NCBI RefSeq assembly: GCF_006345805.1
Contig: NC_043021.1
Span: 17,856,001 to 17,920,000 of the forward strand
Reading direction: 5' to 3'
Source: Octopus sinensis
Lineage: Eukaryota
Length of the DNA stretch: 64,000 nucleotides
Below are positions 38,057 through 50,110 of this stretch, piece by piece. Each line of letters begins with the position of its first letter. Within the stretch, counting starts at the first letter, position 1. The translations under genes and the position numbers were made by a program. The notes below the pieces were generated by a model, which had not been told where the DNA came from, did no database searches, and worked only from the letters and a program-made list of their open reading frames with translations.

Positions 38057-41000
38057 GAACACATAACCCCCTTCGGAAAAAGAAAAAAAATAATTAAAGG
38101 TGCAAAGGAGACCCGATGCTTTTTTTATTAAGGGTCGAAAGTAATAAGTGTCGACGGTGGCGGATTTACTTTCGTCAGGTAAGTAGCAGAAATGGCGGTC
38201 GGCAGCAACCTCGACTACATTATTTTCCTCTCTCTCTCCATTCGGCCCTGTTTCTAACTCTCTCTTTTTTATCCTTCTCCGCTTCATCCCTTCCTCCGTT
38301 TACCTTTATACTTTCTTTCTCTCTCTCTTTCCATTCGTATTCAACTTTCTCCTCATCCCTCTCCTCCGCTTGCCGTCAATAGTTCATCTCTCTCTTTCTT
38401 TCCCTCTCACTTGATTCGGTTCTCTTCTAACTTTCTCTTCCTCATCCCTTTACTCCAGTTGATTTACATTCCTTTCTTTCTCTCTCTCCTCTTCCTCTTA
38501 CTATCCTCCCTCTCATTAACTCCTAAGCTTTCACCACTGTATCCCAATCACAATTACCTGCTGCTCAACCCTCCCTTCCTTTCTCTCTCTCTTTACCATG
38601 TTACTTATCTCCCTCCCTCTCTCAAATTCTTTATCTGTCTTCAGGCAACCGCTTTCCTCACCCTTCTCTCCTTTAAACTCCCATCGCTAACCTTAATCAC
38701 TTCTCTTTATCACTCGCATTTCTTTTCCCTTCTCCAGTTCTTATCTTAGCCTCTTTTCTTTTCCTCACATCTTACTCCACTTCCTATCTGACTTAGTCTC
38801 TTTCCCTTTTCCTCCTACCACCTCTCAACTTTGTCAACCATCCTAATGGAGCCAGTCTGGCATTCACCCTCCTACCCCCTCTCTCTCTTACACATATTCA
38901 CTCCCACCCCCGTGATTCCGTTACTCAATGCTTCCTCTCGGACTTTCTCTTCTTCCTACTAAGAACATTTCTTCTCAACCACATTTCTCTCTCATTTCTA
39001 CATTTTCCTTTATTAATAATATATCGTCACCTGTAATCATTTCTTTCCTCTCTCTTTTTTTTTTGTTGTTTATTTTCATCACATCTATTCAAGTTAAACC
39101 AACTTTTAAAATTGTTTAAATTAGCACTTCTCAATCGGATAATCATTCACATGACCTTTTCCTCTGATTCTTTGAACCTTTATCTCTCTCTCTCTTCCCT
39201 TCTATCCATTCCCCCTCATATATATTATTTTTCCCCCCTCTATCCATCCATCCACCCCCCATCATTTTTATATTTTCGGCTACACTGGCCTCGTTTCGTT
39301 TTTTCATACTTTTTTCTTCATTACAATTTCATTCTTCCTTTCTTTCACCTTTCTCTTAGAGAAGTCAGTCAATCAATTTACTGATGTTTTTCAATTGGGC
39401 CAGCAGTAGTAGTAGTAATAAGCCAGCTTGCAGAGAGAGAGAGAAGAGAAGAGAAGAGAGGCAGGATGATGATGATGGGAGCGGTGATGGCGGTGCAAAT
39501 AATAATAATCTGAAATAAAAGAAAAGAGAGAGAGAGACTACAATAAATATGTTTAGAGGGGGAATAAGAACAAACAAGGACTTTAATAGAAGAGTTCAGA
39601 TGAAGACGAAGAAGAAGAAAGTTCTCCCTTGCTCGGAACAGAACAAGGCGGGTAAGCCGATGTCACGCTTTTTTATTGGTCCATTTCCTAGTCACGTGGA
39701 GCCACGAGCGGCTTTCGTCGTCGTTGTTGACCCCAATGTAAAGAACCGGAAGTCGTCCCGTCCACCAAACATGGCAGATGCTCGCTCATTTCTTTACCCA
39801 TTCACCACCCATTCTCTCTCTTATTTCTTTTCCTCTCTCTTTCTCTCTCTCTCTTCCCTCCGCTCCGCAGTCGTACCTCTCAATTTAATCACTCACCCTA
39901 ATCTCTGTATAATTTTACTTTCTTCTCTTGATGATATCGCATCATTGTCATCCAACTTGTACTCTTCTTCACCTTAGCCGCACCTCTATCCTATCTCTCT
40001 TCCGACCCCACCTAACCGCTCTATCCTCTCTTGTCACCCCTATAACCTACTCCGTCTCTCTTTCCTCTGCATCCTTAGTAACCCTACCACCCCTATTAAT
40101 ACACCACCTTACCTTACACTTTTCTTTCCATCCTATCTATTTCTCCTAAAAAAAACACTTCTTATTCTCTTTTGCCAGGAGAAACAGCGAAGAAGAGGAA
40201 CACACGAGGGGGAGATAACTGTCTGCTGTTTGTTTTGTTTGTTAGAGAATTAACCGATTGTCGGAAGAGAAAGAGAAACCCAAGTCTTATCGGCTCTTTA
40301 TACCCAGTCAGTCAGTCAATCAGCCGACGAAGGAACCCGACCTTACAAGCCACTGACTGTCGTATTTACTCTACTTTCTTCTCTTTCCAACACCTCCCAG
40401 CTGCTGGCTTTGCATTGCTTTTCGCCTTGATGTCATGGTGTCGCCAGTGACAGCTGCTTCTTGCTAAGTGTTGATCGCCTTGTTATTAACCTCACCAACC
40501 CCACCACCACCACCACTTACATATTGCTTTGTTTATTCTCTCTTCTCACGACGACCAGCTTTCTCCTCTTTGTGTGTAATCTATGGTGATAGGTTAATAT
40601 ATCCACACAACAGTTACTAACCGCCTTCTTTGTCGTAATTACGTACCTGCCTCACCTGGCTGATCCGAGAGCGCAGAAGACGAAGGGGGGAGGGGGACAA
40701 TCATTGTAACGTAAGTACCAGTAATACGCTGGTATTTATTCGGTCGATTATGTAATCACCTTTTACATGAATCGAGCTAAGTAAAGTTCTCCGTGACTTG
40801 CTACAAATAGCAGATAAATCTCTGTATCATATCCGACTACTTATAGTATGCAGGAGATGATACATGCAATAATTTAGTCTTAGGAGCACTATGTTTGAAA
40901 AGAAGATGTGATAGTCACGGTTGGATCGTCTTTATTCATAGTTCTTACTCGATAAAACCGAGGAGAAAACAACATCAAATGGTCCTTCGTCCACATTATT
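32251..41000 (-). promoter_or_regulatory. CpG-enriched 5' regulatory region with candidate non-coding MED13 5' exons
   Basis: CpG is visibly more frequent than in flanking DNA and the three common SINE families are absent. Candidate minus-strand acceptors at 32361, ~33546 and ~36087. Candidate minus-strand donors at 34567, 40346 and 40655 (CAG|GTGAGG). The exon structure cannot be resolved from sequence alone. Confidence 0.5.
39660..39780. promoter_or_regulatory. Housekeeping-type core promoter motif cluster
   Basis: Within ~110 bp: ATTGG (39675-39679), GTCACGTG E-box (39691-39698), CCAAT (39733-39737), CCGGAAGT ETS site (39746-39753) and AACATGGC YY1-like site (39768-39775), in CpG-rich DNA. 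Confidence 0.6.
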
Positions 41001-41640
41001 ATACGTAAATGGTCATCAACTTCGTTATATATTCCTTTGATAGACCGCCATGAAATAAGTGGTTTTTATTTACAATCACACACTGCTTAGTATCTTTCAT
41101 GTCTGTACCATTCCACTTAAAAGTTGACCTTGTACCTCGTTAATATAGATATAAACAAGACTTTGCATTTATTCCCACTTGTTGGAATCGATAAAAAAGA
41201 AATACTTCCAGTCATATGCAAGCATTGATTTAATTGACCGTAACTGACCTTCATTCAGACACTTTGTTGTTATTGTTGTCGTTCCGTGATTGAGCAGATA
41301 AGATGAAAGGCGTACATTTCAACCAGCTACAAATATTAGATTCAGTAAAGCTGCAGATCTTGTCATGGGAGCCAGTGGCCAAAGAGGGTCTCCCAAATGT
41401 TCTATGCAGAACATTTCTTACATGTGGTTTACCCCTTCTGGACATGGACAACAACGATGTTGAAGAAAAGAAAACCATCGTTACTTTCACCTCTCGTCTG
41501 GTCAATGAAATCTTCTCCCTTAAATTGCTCTTGTATCTATCTGCTATACGATCTGTGATGTATCTTACTTAGCAAGGTTATCGACCACTTCAGTTTCCAC
41601 CTTCATTTGGGACTATTTCGTTTGGTGTACCCTTTGAACA

Positions 41641-41912
41641 AATCCCTGGCATCAAAATCTCATCCCCTCCCCTCCCAGGAATCTGAATCTAGATGAGTGA
41701 ATGAAAGAACTATTGGAGCTTCTTGGTAGTTTGACATGCTGGTAAGAGCTGTTAAATCTCCCTCAAATCATATCCTAATCCCTGGCATCAAAATCTCATC
41801 CCCTCTCCTCCCAGGAATCTGAATCTAGATGAATGAATGAAAGGACTATTGGAGCTTCTTGGTAGTTTGACATGCTGGTAAGAGCTGTTAAATCTCCCTC
41901 AAATCATATTCT
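41641..41912 (+). repeat. Tandem duplication, 2 x 136 bp
   Basis: Units start at 41641 and 41777 (AATCCCTGGCATCAAAATCTC...) and differ at 4 positions. Confidence 0.95.
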
Positions 41913-43995
41913 ACAATTTTTTAATAATGAAGGACAACAGACATGTGACAGTCACAACGAGGCCACTTTTGATCATAGAACTGCTTGAATCAGCGCTGAC
42001 CTTAAAGCTGAAGAACAAAGACTGGAAAAACATTGAATAGTGTAGGCTTAGTAGTAAACAGCAGAGGATGGTCATGAGCAAAAGAGCTACAATCAGGGCT
42101 GACCTGATGATAAAGAGAACAACAACCTAAATCTTATGTACAAAATAGTGTTATTGCTGAGGAATCAAAGGGTAATTATTAATTCTTAGAACTGCAAATT
42201 TCATGTCCCTTTTGGCTTTGTACAGAGAAGAGAGAGAACCCTAATGCTGCCACAAAATTTTAGAACTACTGCCATCTTGAATCTATCTCAAGATGAAAAG
42301 GTGACAATGGTTTTGAGTGAGTCCCTTTGATTCCTGTTCTTTGTTGTTCTTGGTTATGACTTGGTGAAAGAAGGAAGGCAAGTGCACAATTTCTGTTTGC
42401 ATACTTATACAAACATGCAATGATCTTACAATGATGGGAAGATGATTTAGTAAAATGATTGGGGCCAAGATGTATAAGAAAGAATTGGCAGCACATTGTG
42501 ACCATGATGTCTAAGAACATCTGATGGTGTGGTATGTATCATCTGTGTGATACATACCACACACTTACACATATGTCTATGATTAATGGCGGGGGGAGGG
42601 GAGAAGCTCTATTACTATTCATCACTCTATTGCTAACCAGTAAGCATGCAGCTGCCATCACTGTCTCTCTTCCATTACTCCCTCTTCTACCACTGCATTC
42701 CAGTCACTCTGTCTCTTCCATCATACTCTCTCTTTTTTCATCTTTACACTCCAATTCTTCATCTATCATCCCTCTCTTTCTCTCTCTCATTCATCCTTGT
42801 TAAGTAGCCTTCAATAAATAGAGACAAACATAGAACAATTAGGACTTATGAGTCTTGTGGGGGAACAAGACAACCTCAATGCTGTTTGTGCCACAATATG
42901 ATACATTCAATAAAGCGGTGGTGAAGTAAACTAGCAAGGGGGTGGGGGCTGTTTAGTCTTGCTGGAAGTGTGACAAGCTCTCTAGAGCTGGTTCATTAGA
43001 TTAAAATGCTTTCTATTGTATGGTGTTCAGAAGAGCATCCAACCACAGATGGAAGTCTTGCTAAAAATGGATGATATGTGTGAGATGTGATCCTTCAACC
43101 ATGTAGGCAGGCTAATAAGAACTGACACAGTCTGGGAAGACCCTTCTAACTTGGCTGTCTTTGGAAAGTCATCAGTTCATGTAAATCACTCAGAATATGT
43201 GAAATCATCATCATCATCATCGTCTAACATCCATCTTCCATGCTGGCATGGGGTGAACAGTTTGTCAGGACCTGGTAAGGCCAGGAGCCACAACAGGCCT
43301 CATTGTCTGTTTTGACATGGTTTCTATGGCTAGATGCCCTATCTAATTCCAGCCACTTTACAAAGTGTGCTGGGTGCCATGTAAAAAGCTTTTTACACGG
43401 CATCAGCCTTTATAATAAATTCCAGCACAAAGAAAAGTTATGTAAATGCATTCTTTAATAAAACTGCTTTCATTTTCGTTTGCCTTTAAAATTGTTGTTA
43501 TTGTTTAACCACAGGCCAGTCCTGATAAAGGACACTTATGGTCTTATGAAAAGATATTCCAATGTTCTTTTTTTCAGACATCATATGCCTCAGACTACAT
43601 CATCCAATAAACCTGAGATTACTTTGTCCACTTTGAATGTGGATATAGTGCTTATAGAAAATTTTGCTGTAAACATTTTTGTATTAGAAAAATTCACCAT
43701 GGATGTAAAGCTAAAAAAAAAAGATAAAATCAATACATGTTTTGGGGACACGGTGAACACAGTTGTTTCGTGTGTTCACCATCTGTTTGTATTGGAGCTT
43801 CTGGCACCAATGCCAAGCAGTGCAGCATGTCATTTCCAAATTTCAGGTAGAGTGAATTGCATCATGGTACTGTTTTTCTCAGTCCAACTGACCCTACTAT
43901 ACTGTGTAGTCAACAAAGTCAAAAACAAGAAATATGCATGCGCGAAATTAAAAATATAAAATGCAGAAAAATTTACCCATCGCACTCTGTATATA

Positions 43996-44385
43996 GGTGC
44001 AGGAGTGGCTGTGTGGTAAGTAGCTTGCTAACCAGCCACATGGTTCCGGGTTCAATCCCACTGCATGGCATCTTGGGCAAGTGTCTTCTGCTATAGCCCA
44101 GGCCGACTAATGCCTTGTGAGTGGATTTGGTAGACGGAAACTGAAAGAAGCCTGTTGTATATATATGTATGTTTGTGTGTCTGTGTTTGTTCCTCTAGCA
44201 TTGCTTGACAACCGATGCTGGTGTGTTTACATCCCCGTCACTTAGCGGTTCGGCAAAAAGAGACCGATAGAATAAGTACTGGGCTTACAAAAAGAATAAG
44301 TCCCGGGGTCGAGTTGCTTGACTAAAGGCGGTGCTCCAGCATGGCCGCAGTCAAATGACTGAAACAAGTAAAAGAGTGAAGAGAG
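43996..44385 (+). mobile_element. SINE family B, near full length (tRNA-derived head, internal microsatellite, AAAGAGT tail)
   Basis: Head GGAGTGGCTGTGTGGTAAG...CCGGGTTCAATCCC (A and B boxes). The body is shared with the copies at 47.8, 55.3, 56.1, 58.3 and 62.6 kb. Confidence 0.9.
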
Positions 44386-44696
44386 AGAATATAAATATAG
44401 GCACATAGCTCAGTGGTTAAGCATGTTGCACTCACAATGGTAAGATTGTAGCTGCAATTACCAGATTGGCTGCACCTTGTGTTCTTGAGCAAAACACTTC
44501 ATTTCACATTGCTCCAGTCCACTCAGCCGCAAACGGATAATCCTGTGATGGACAAGTCTTCTTGACTGAAGGGAATGTTGGCCTGCTCATAACTAACCAG
44601 CTGGGTGCTATGATTCAAAAACCAAAGTGATGCAAAGGGCATTGTGACCAGCAATGCATAACAAAATCTGACAGTCTAGTTGATCATGTGATAGAT

Positions 44697-45432
44697 ATAT
44701 GCTTTCGGTGCGAATGGTTTTTTTTATACGGTGCCGTATTTTACAATCCTGTAAATAACAATAATGATATTTTTTATATAAGCTTAAAGCGATCCCCATG
44801 CAATGACTAAGAGAAATAGCCTAATAAAGGGGCATATAAACCCTCAACAGAAAAAAAAAGGCTTTCCTATCTGTGTGGGACGCGAACCCACATCCTTCTG
44901 TTAACGCAACTGTGTTACCTTTACACCAGTAAATTAGCCTTCCTTTTACTATCAAATATTAGTTCATATTTGCTTAATGTAAACCAACTTTCTAAATGCT
45001 TTCAGTACGAATGTTTTTTTCAAATGGCGCCAAGGGCTTATATGCCCCTTTATTAGACTACTTTCCTTAGTCATTGCACGGTGATCGCCATAACCATTAG
45101 CCTTATATAAAAAATACCATTATTATTATTTACAGGATTGTAAAATATGGCACCGTATAAAAAAACCATTCACATTGAAAGCATATGGAAAGTTTGTTTA
45201 CTTAGAACAAATACGAACTAATATAATTCTTAAATTTGACAGAAGGTGGGAGGCTAATTTACTGGTGTAAAGGTAACACACTTAGTCATGTTAACAAAGG
45301 GATGTGAGTTCGAGTCCCACATGGATAGGAAAGCCTTCTTTTTTCTGTCGAGGGCTTATTTGCCCCTTTATTAGACTATTTTCCTTAGTCATTGCACTGT
45401 TATCGCCATAAGCTTTAATCTTATATAAAATA
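44697..45432. repeat. ~735-bp imperfect palindrome built from a ~300-320-bp unit carrying a tRNA-Asn-like sequence
   Basis: Arms 44697-45020 and 45033-45432 are inverted, circularly permuted copies of one unit, with a 12-bp spacer. Confidence 0.85.
45255..45327 (+). pseudogene. tRNA-Asn(GTT)-like sequence (second copy on the minus strand at ~44866-44936)
   Basis: D arm GTGT-AAAGGTA-ACAC, GTTAA anticodon loop, and T arm GTGGG-TTCGCGT-CCCAC in the left copy. Acceptor and anticodon stems are decayed. Confidence 0.55.
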
Positions 45433-45441
45433 TATATATAT

Positions 45442-45482
45442 ACTAGCATTATGACCCAGCGTTGCCAGATCATAGTGCTAGT
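45442..45482 (-). mobile_element. Helitron-like 3' hairpin terminus
   Basis: Reverse complement is ACTAGCACTATGATCTGGCAACGCTGGGTCATAATGCTAGT, the same as 15111-15151. Confidence 0.55.
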
Positions 45483-45599
45483 GCATGTATATATGTGTAT
45501 ATATATGTGTTCATATTACATGTACATCTCTATATATACATCTACACATAAAATACAAAATACAAAGTTATATCTTGATATTGCTAGTGATAACAATAC

Positions 45600-46156
45600 T
45601 CAAAATATATAACAGACTGGAATTGTAGGCCTGTCTCTTGCAATTTTGATCAATTGTATCATGTCCTCCCTCTTGTATAGAAGTGTGTCTACAATCCAGC
45701 CTACCTCTACTTCTGGGGGGATATTTTAAATTTTTATCCAGGACGTCCTATGTCCCAGATATAAAGGTAAAAATAAAATATTTCCACTTTGTAAGGTTCG
45801 AGTCGAATACTCCCTTGCACGCTCCGTTGACTCAAACCTTGCTTCTATTGTGGCGAATTTACCACCTCTGGTTAGATACTTGATATCTTTCATAGTCGCA
45901 CTAAGACACTTTTCGATGGTGCTTTCCTCCAGGTGTTCAAATCTTTTTTTTTCTCTACATTGTATACTTTATAAACAATAGTCTTTTCTTTAATTTAATT
46001 TTTTATTTCGTTTGGTGGTGTTATCCTAGATTCACCGTCTTTGTTGGTGATCAATCCGAAATAGGTTTGTATTTCTTCCATTTTAATTTTAATTAGTTCG
46101 CGCCCGCCGACGGCTACATCGAAATTCATTTTTAGACTTTCTTCTATCGAAGGCAT
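45600..46156 (-). mobile_element. Disrupted ORF1 (gag-like), probably of an L1/Tx1-type LINE; 3' part missing
   Basis: ATG at 46156 begins MPSIEESLKMNFDVAVGGRELIKIKMEEIQTYFGLITNKDGESRITPPNEIKN*. After a frameshift in the A9 run it continues RFEHLEESTIEKCLSATMKDIKYLTRGGKFATIEARFESTERAREYSTRTLQSGNILFLPLYLGHRTSWIKI*NIPPEVEVGWIVDTLL. The I.NIPPEV segment resembles RRM-type ORF1 proteins. Confidence 0.45.
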
Positions 46157-47185
46157 TTTAACAAAAATGCTTCTATATAAACGGTGAAAATATTGTCAAT
46201 TTCCCCCAACAGGGACACAATTCAATTTTTAAACAATAACCAAAGCTCCTTCTCCCAAAGAGGGAGGGTTACGATTTACAATTATTTAACAAATGCAACA
46301 CAACAACGTTTCCCTTACGAGGAACCAACAAACGTGATAACAATAGTTAAACAGTAATAATAATAACAACAACCCTTACGGTGAATCAAAAAGCAGTACG
46401 CAGTTGAAGCTATAGTCCTTTATGTATAAGAAATAAACCAACAGCAGTACTCAGTAGAAGCGGTTGCTCAAGAAAACAGACATTACATATTGCCAAACTT
46501 CATAGAGATACTTAATGCTAGCTAATTAGCATATAATCTAATGTAAAAGCCGTGTTAAAGAGTATGTGCACAGCTCCATCTGGACCATTCCATTTCTGCA
46601 CACTAATTTTATTTTTAATTTATTCCCATTCATGTGAAACCACTTATTCAAGTTCAAGTCATTGATGCAATTTAATACCAATTGCTATTTTTACTTTTAA
46701 TTGTTATGTTACAATTTAATTATTATATTATACTTTAGTTTGATTTTAATTATTACTTACTACATATAATTCAATTAAAGATTTGGATGTTGCTGTTTAA
46801 TCCCTAGTTGGATGTATGATCATAAATGTTCCAACTGTGACCATACCATTTGTATTATTCTGTATAAGCTTCTTATTTAAGATGGTAAAGTATTATTTGA
46901 AGGAATTTGACTGCTAGTTTTACCAATTCATGCTACCACATAGGGGTCCCTTATTGCCAATGCTTATTAAGCAGTGGCTCATTATTATTATCATCATTAA
47001 ACATCTGCTTTCCATGCTAGCATGGGTGAGACATTTGGACAGGAACTGGCAGGCCAGAGACCTGCACCAGGCACTAATTCTTTGTTTTGGCACAGTTTCT
47101 ACAGTTGGATGTCTTTCCTAATGGCCAATCACTTTACTGAATGTACTAGGTGCTTTTTAAGTGGCACCAGCACAGGGCCTTCTCA

Positions 47186-47412
47186 TGATGACGACGACGA
47201 TGATGATGATGATGATGATGACGATGATGATGACGATGATGATGACGATTATGACAATGGCGACATCGACAGCAAAGATGATGATGACGACGATGAAGAT
47301 GACAATTATTATTATAATGATGATGATGATGGCAACGACAACGACAATGACAACAAGAATGACAAAGATGATTATTATGAAGTTGATAATGATGATGATG
47401 ATGATGATGATA
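47186..47412 (+). repeat. Compound (GAT/GAC/AAT)n trinucleotide tract
   Basis: Direct inspection. It abuts a family A SINE copy at ~46980-47180. Confidence 0.95.
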
Positions 47413-47754
47413 ACTGAAAAAAAAGGGCACATTTATTAAAAAATAAAAGCCAAAGATCCATGTGTATTCGGTGATGTAAACGCAGATAAGAGGGAAGAAG
47501 AGATGGATGCCATGCTAAATCTGTTCTCATACCTTGTTGTACTATTATTAGAAGGTGTGGAACTATGGGAAAACATTGTCAGCAACATATTTTTGTTGTT
47601 GTTGTTGTTGTCCTTGCTTAGCCTTTGGTCACTGATTCAGTAAACCTAAGAATGAAAAACCAAAAGATGCGACCAGCGACCACCCCAGGTTGTTTCCTTT
47701 CTTTTATTCAGGCATTGTGTATCTAGGACTGCATTGTCCGATGTATTCTTCCCC

Positions 47755-48083
47755 TGGCGCAGGAGTGGCTGTGTGGTAAGTAGCTTGCTTACCAACCACA
47801 TGGTTCCGGGTTCAGTCCCACTGCGTGGCACTTTGGGCAAGTGTCTTCTGCTATAGCCTTGGGCTGACCAAAGCCTTGTGAGTGAATTTGGTAGACGGAA
47901 ACTTAAAAGAAGCCCATCGTATATATATATATATATGTGCGTGTGTTTGTGTTTGTCCCCCCAATATCGTTTGACAATCGATGCTGGTGTGTCCACGTCC
48001 TGGGGTCGATTTGCTCGACTAAAGACGGTGCTCCAGCATGGCCGCAGTTAAATGACTGAAACAAGTAAAGAGAGTAAAGAGTA
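47755..48083 (+). mobile_element. SINE family B copy with an internal deletion
   Basis: Head and tail are intact. It jumps from GTCCACGTCC to TGGGGTCGAT relative to 43996-44385. Confidence 0.85.
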
Positions 48084-48569
48084 TTTGTAGAATAACTAAT
48101 GTGATTTGATGACAATATAGCTGCTATTTCTAGCAGATTCTACAACCAAGCAGTGGCTCCATTGTTAGCTTGTTAAGACAGCAGTCATTATGTGCTCTGA
48201 TGCCATTACAAAATGTAATTCTTCCTGAAGCGACTTTGGATACATTTTAAAGTTAATATGTGTCATTCATGGAGTCGTCTTACAATGGCAGTTAATTAGA
48301 TTCTGTCTTACTGACACAGTTATCTCATGCAACCTTGTAGATATACGTCTGTCTGTCTGTCTGGGTGCCATTGTGTGTCTGTGTGTGTGGGGGGGTAAAG
48401 GTTTAGTAGGTGTGGTCGTGTGGCTAAGAAGTTTGCTTCCCAACCACATGCTACCCCATCGGCATGTTTACGTGTTCAATCCTACTGTCCAGCACCTAGA
48501 ATGTTTCCTGCTACAGCCCCAAACCAAATATTTATCTGGATGTACAGATAAATATATATGTATATACAT

Positions 48570-48632
48570 AGTTACATACATACATACATACATACATGCA
48601 TACATACATACATACATGCATGCATACATACA

Positions 48633-48663
<31 letters not shown>

Positions 48664-48900
48664 TTCTTTATTACCCACAAAGGGGCTAAACACAGAGGGG
48701 ACAAACAAGGACAGACATAGGTATTAAGTCGATTACATCGCCCCCAGTGCGTAACTGGTACTTAATTTATCAACCCTGAAAGGATGAGAGGCAAAGTCGA
48801 CCTCGGCGGAATTTGAACTCACAACATAACGCAGACGAAATACCAACATACATACATACATGCATACATACATGCATACATACATACATACATATATACA

Positions 48901-48962
<62 letters not shown>

Positions 48963-49055
48963 CATACTACATACATACATACATACATACATACATACAT
49001 ACATACATGCATACATACATACATACATACATACATACATACATACATACATACA

Positions 49056-49089
<34 letters not shown>

Positions 49090-49119
49090 CATACATACAT
49101 GCATACATACATACATACA

Positions 49120-49185
<66 letters not shown>

Positions 49186-49215
49186 CATACATACATGCAT
49201 ACATACATACATATA

Positions 49216-49249
<34 letters not shown>

Positions 49250-49433
49250 CATACATACATACATACATACATACATACATAAATACATGCATACATACAT
49301 ACATACATACATACATAATGCATACATGCATGCATACATACATACATACATACATACTACATACATACATACATACATACATACATCATACATAAATACA
49401 TACATATACATGCATACATAATACATACATACA

Positions 49434-49467
<34 letters not shown>

Positions 49468-49618
49468 CATACATACATACATACATACATGCATACATAT
49501 ATGCATACATACATACTACATACATACATACATACATACATACATACAATATACATACATACATACATACATACATACATACATACATACACATACATAC
49601 ATGCATACATGCATGCAT

Positions 49619-49650
<32 letters not shown>

Positions 49651-50110
49651 CATACATACATATACATACATACATATTACATACATACATACATACATAC
49701 TACATACATGCATACATACATACATACATACATACATAAATGCATACATACATGCATACATACATACATACATACATACATACATGCATGCATGCATACA
49801 TACATACATACATACATACATACATACATACATACATACATACATACATACATACATACATACATACATACATACATACATACATACATACATACATACA
49901 TACATACATGCATACATACATACATAAATGCATGCATACATACGTACATACATACATACATACATACATGCATACATATATGCATACATACATACATACA
50001 TACATACATACATGCATAAATGCATGCATACATACGTACATACATACATACATGCATACATATATGCATACATACATGCATTCATACATACATGCATTCA
50101 TACATGTATG
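48570..50110 (+). repeat. ~1.5-kb (TACA)n array interrupted by a family C SINE
   Basis: Direct inspection. It is the source of all the HTYI/MYVC ORFs. Confidence 0.98.
48662..48845 (-). mobile_element. SINE family C, 5'-truncated, inside the (TACA)n array
   Basis: Body matches 52657-52890, with TACA repeats on both sides. Confidence 0.9.

Noticed and set aside
39771-39977. ATG in AAACATGGCAG as the start of a divergent gene
   Set aside because: The frame runs straight into a CT-rich low-complexity tract with no donor. It is better read as a YY1-like motif.
43480-43959. 159-aa plus-strand ORF with a 10-bp hairpin at 43752-43780
   Set aside because: It starts at TTG, has no recognisable domain and runs into a SINE. 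The hairpin is too short for a pre-miRNA.
44815-44855. CTAATAAAG-GGGC-ATATAA-(A/G)CCC-TC(A/G)ACAGAAA in the palindromic unit as a hammerhead relic
   Set aside because: Both catalytic Gs of CUGANGA are absent in all three copies, and GAAA is not adjacent to the stem.
47022-47439. Poly-Asp, poly-His and poly-Ile ORFs
   Set aside because: They start in a SINE and run through a (GAT)n tract.
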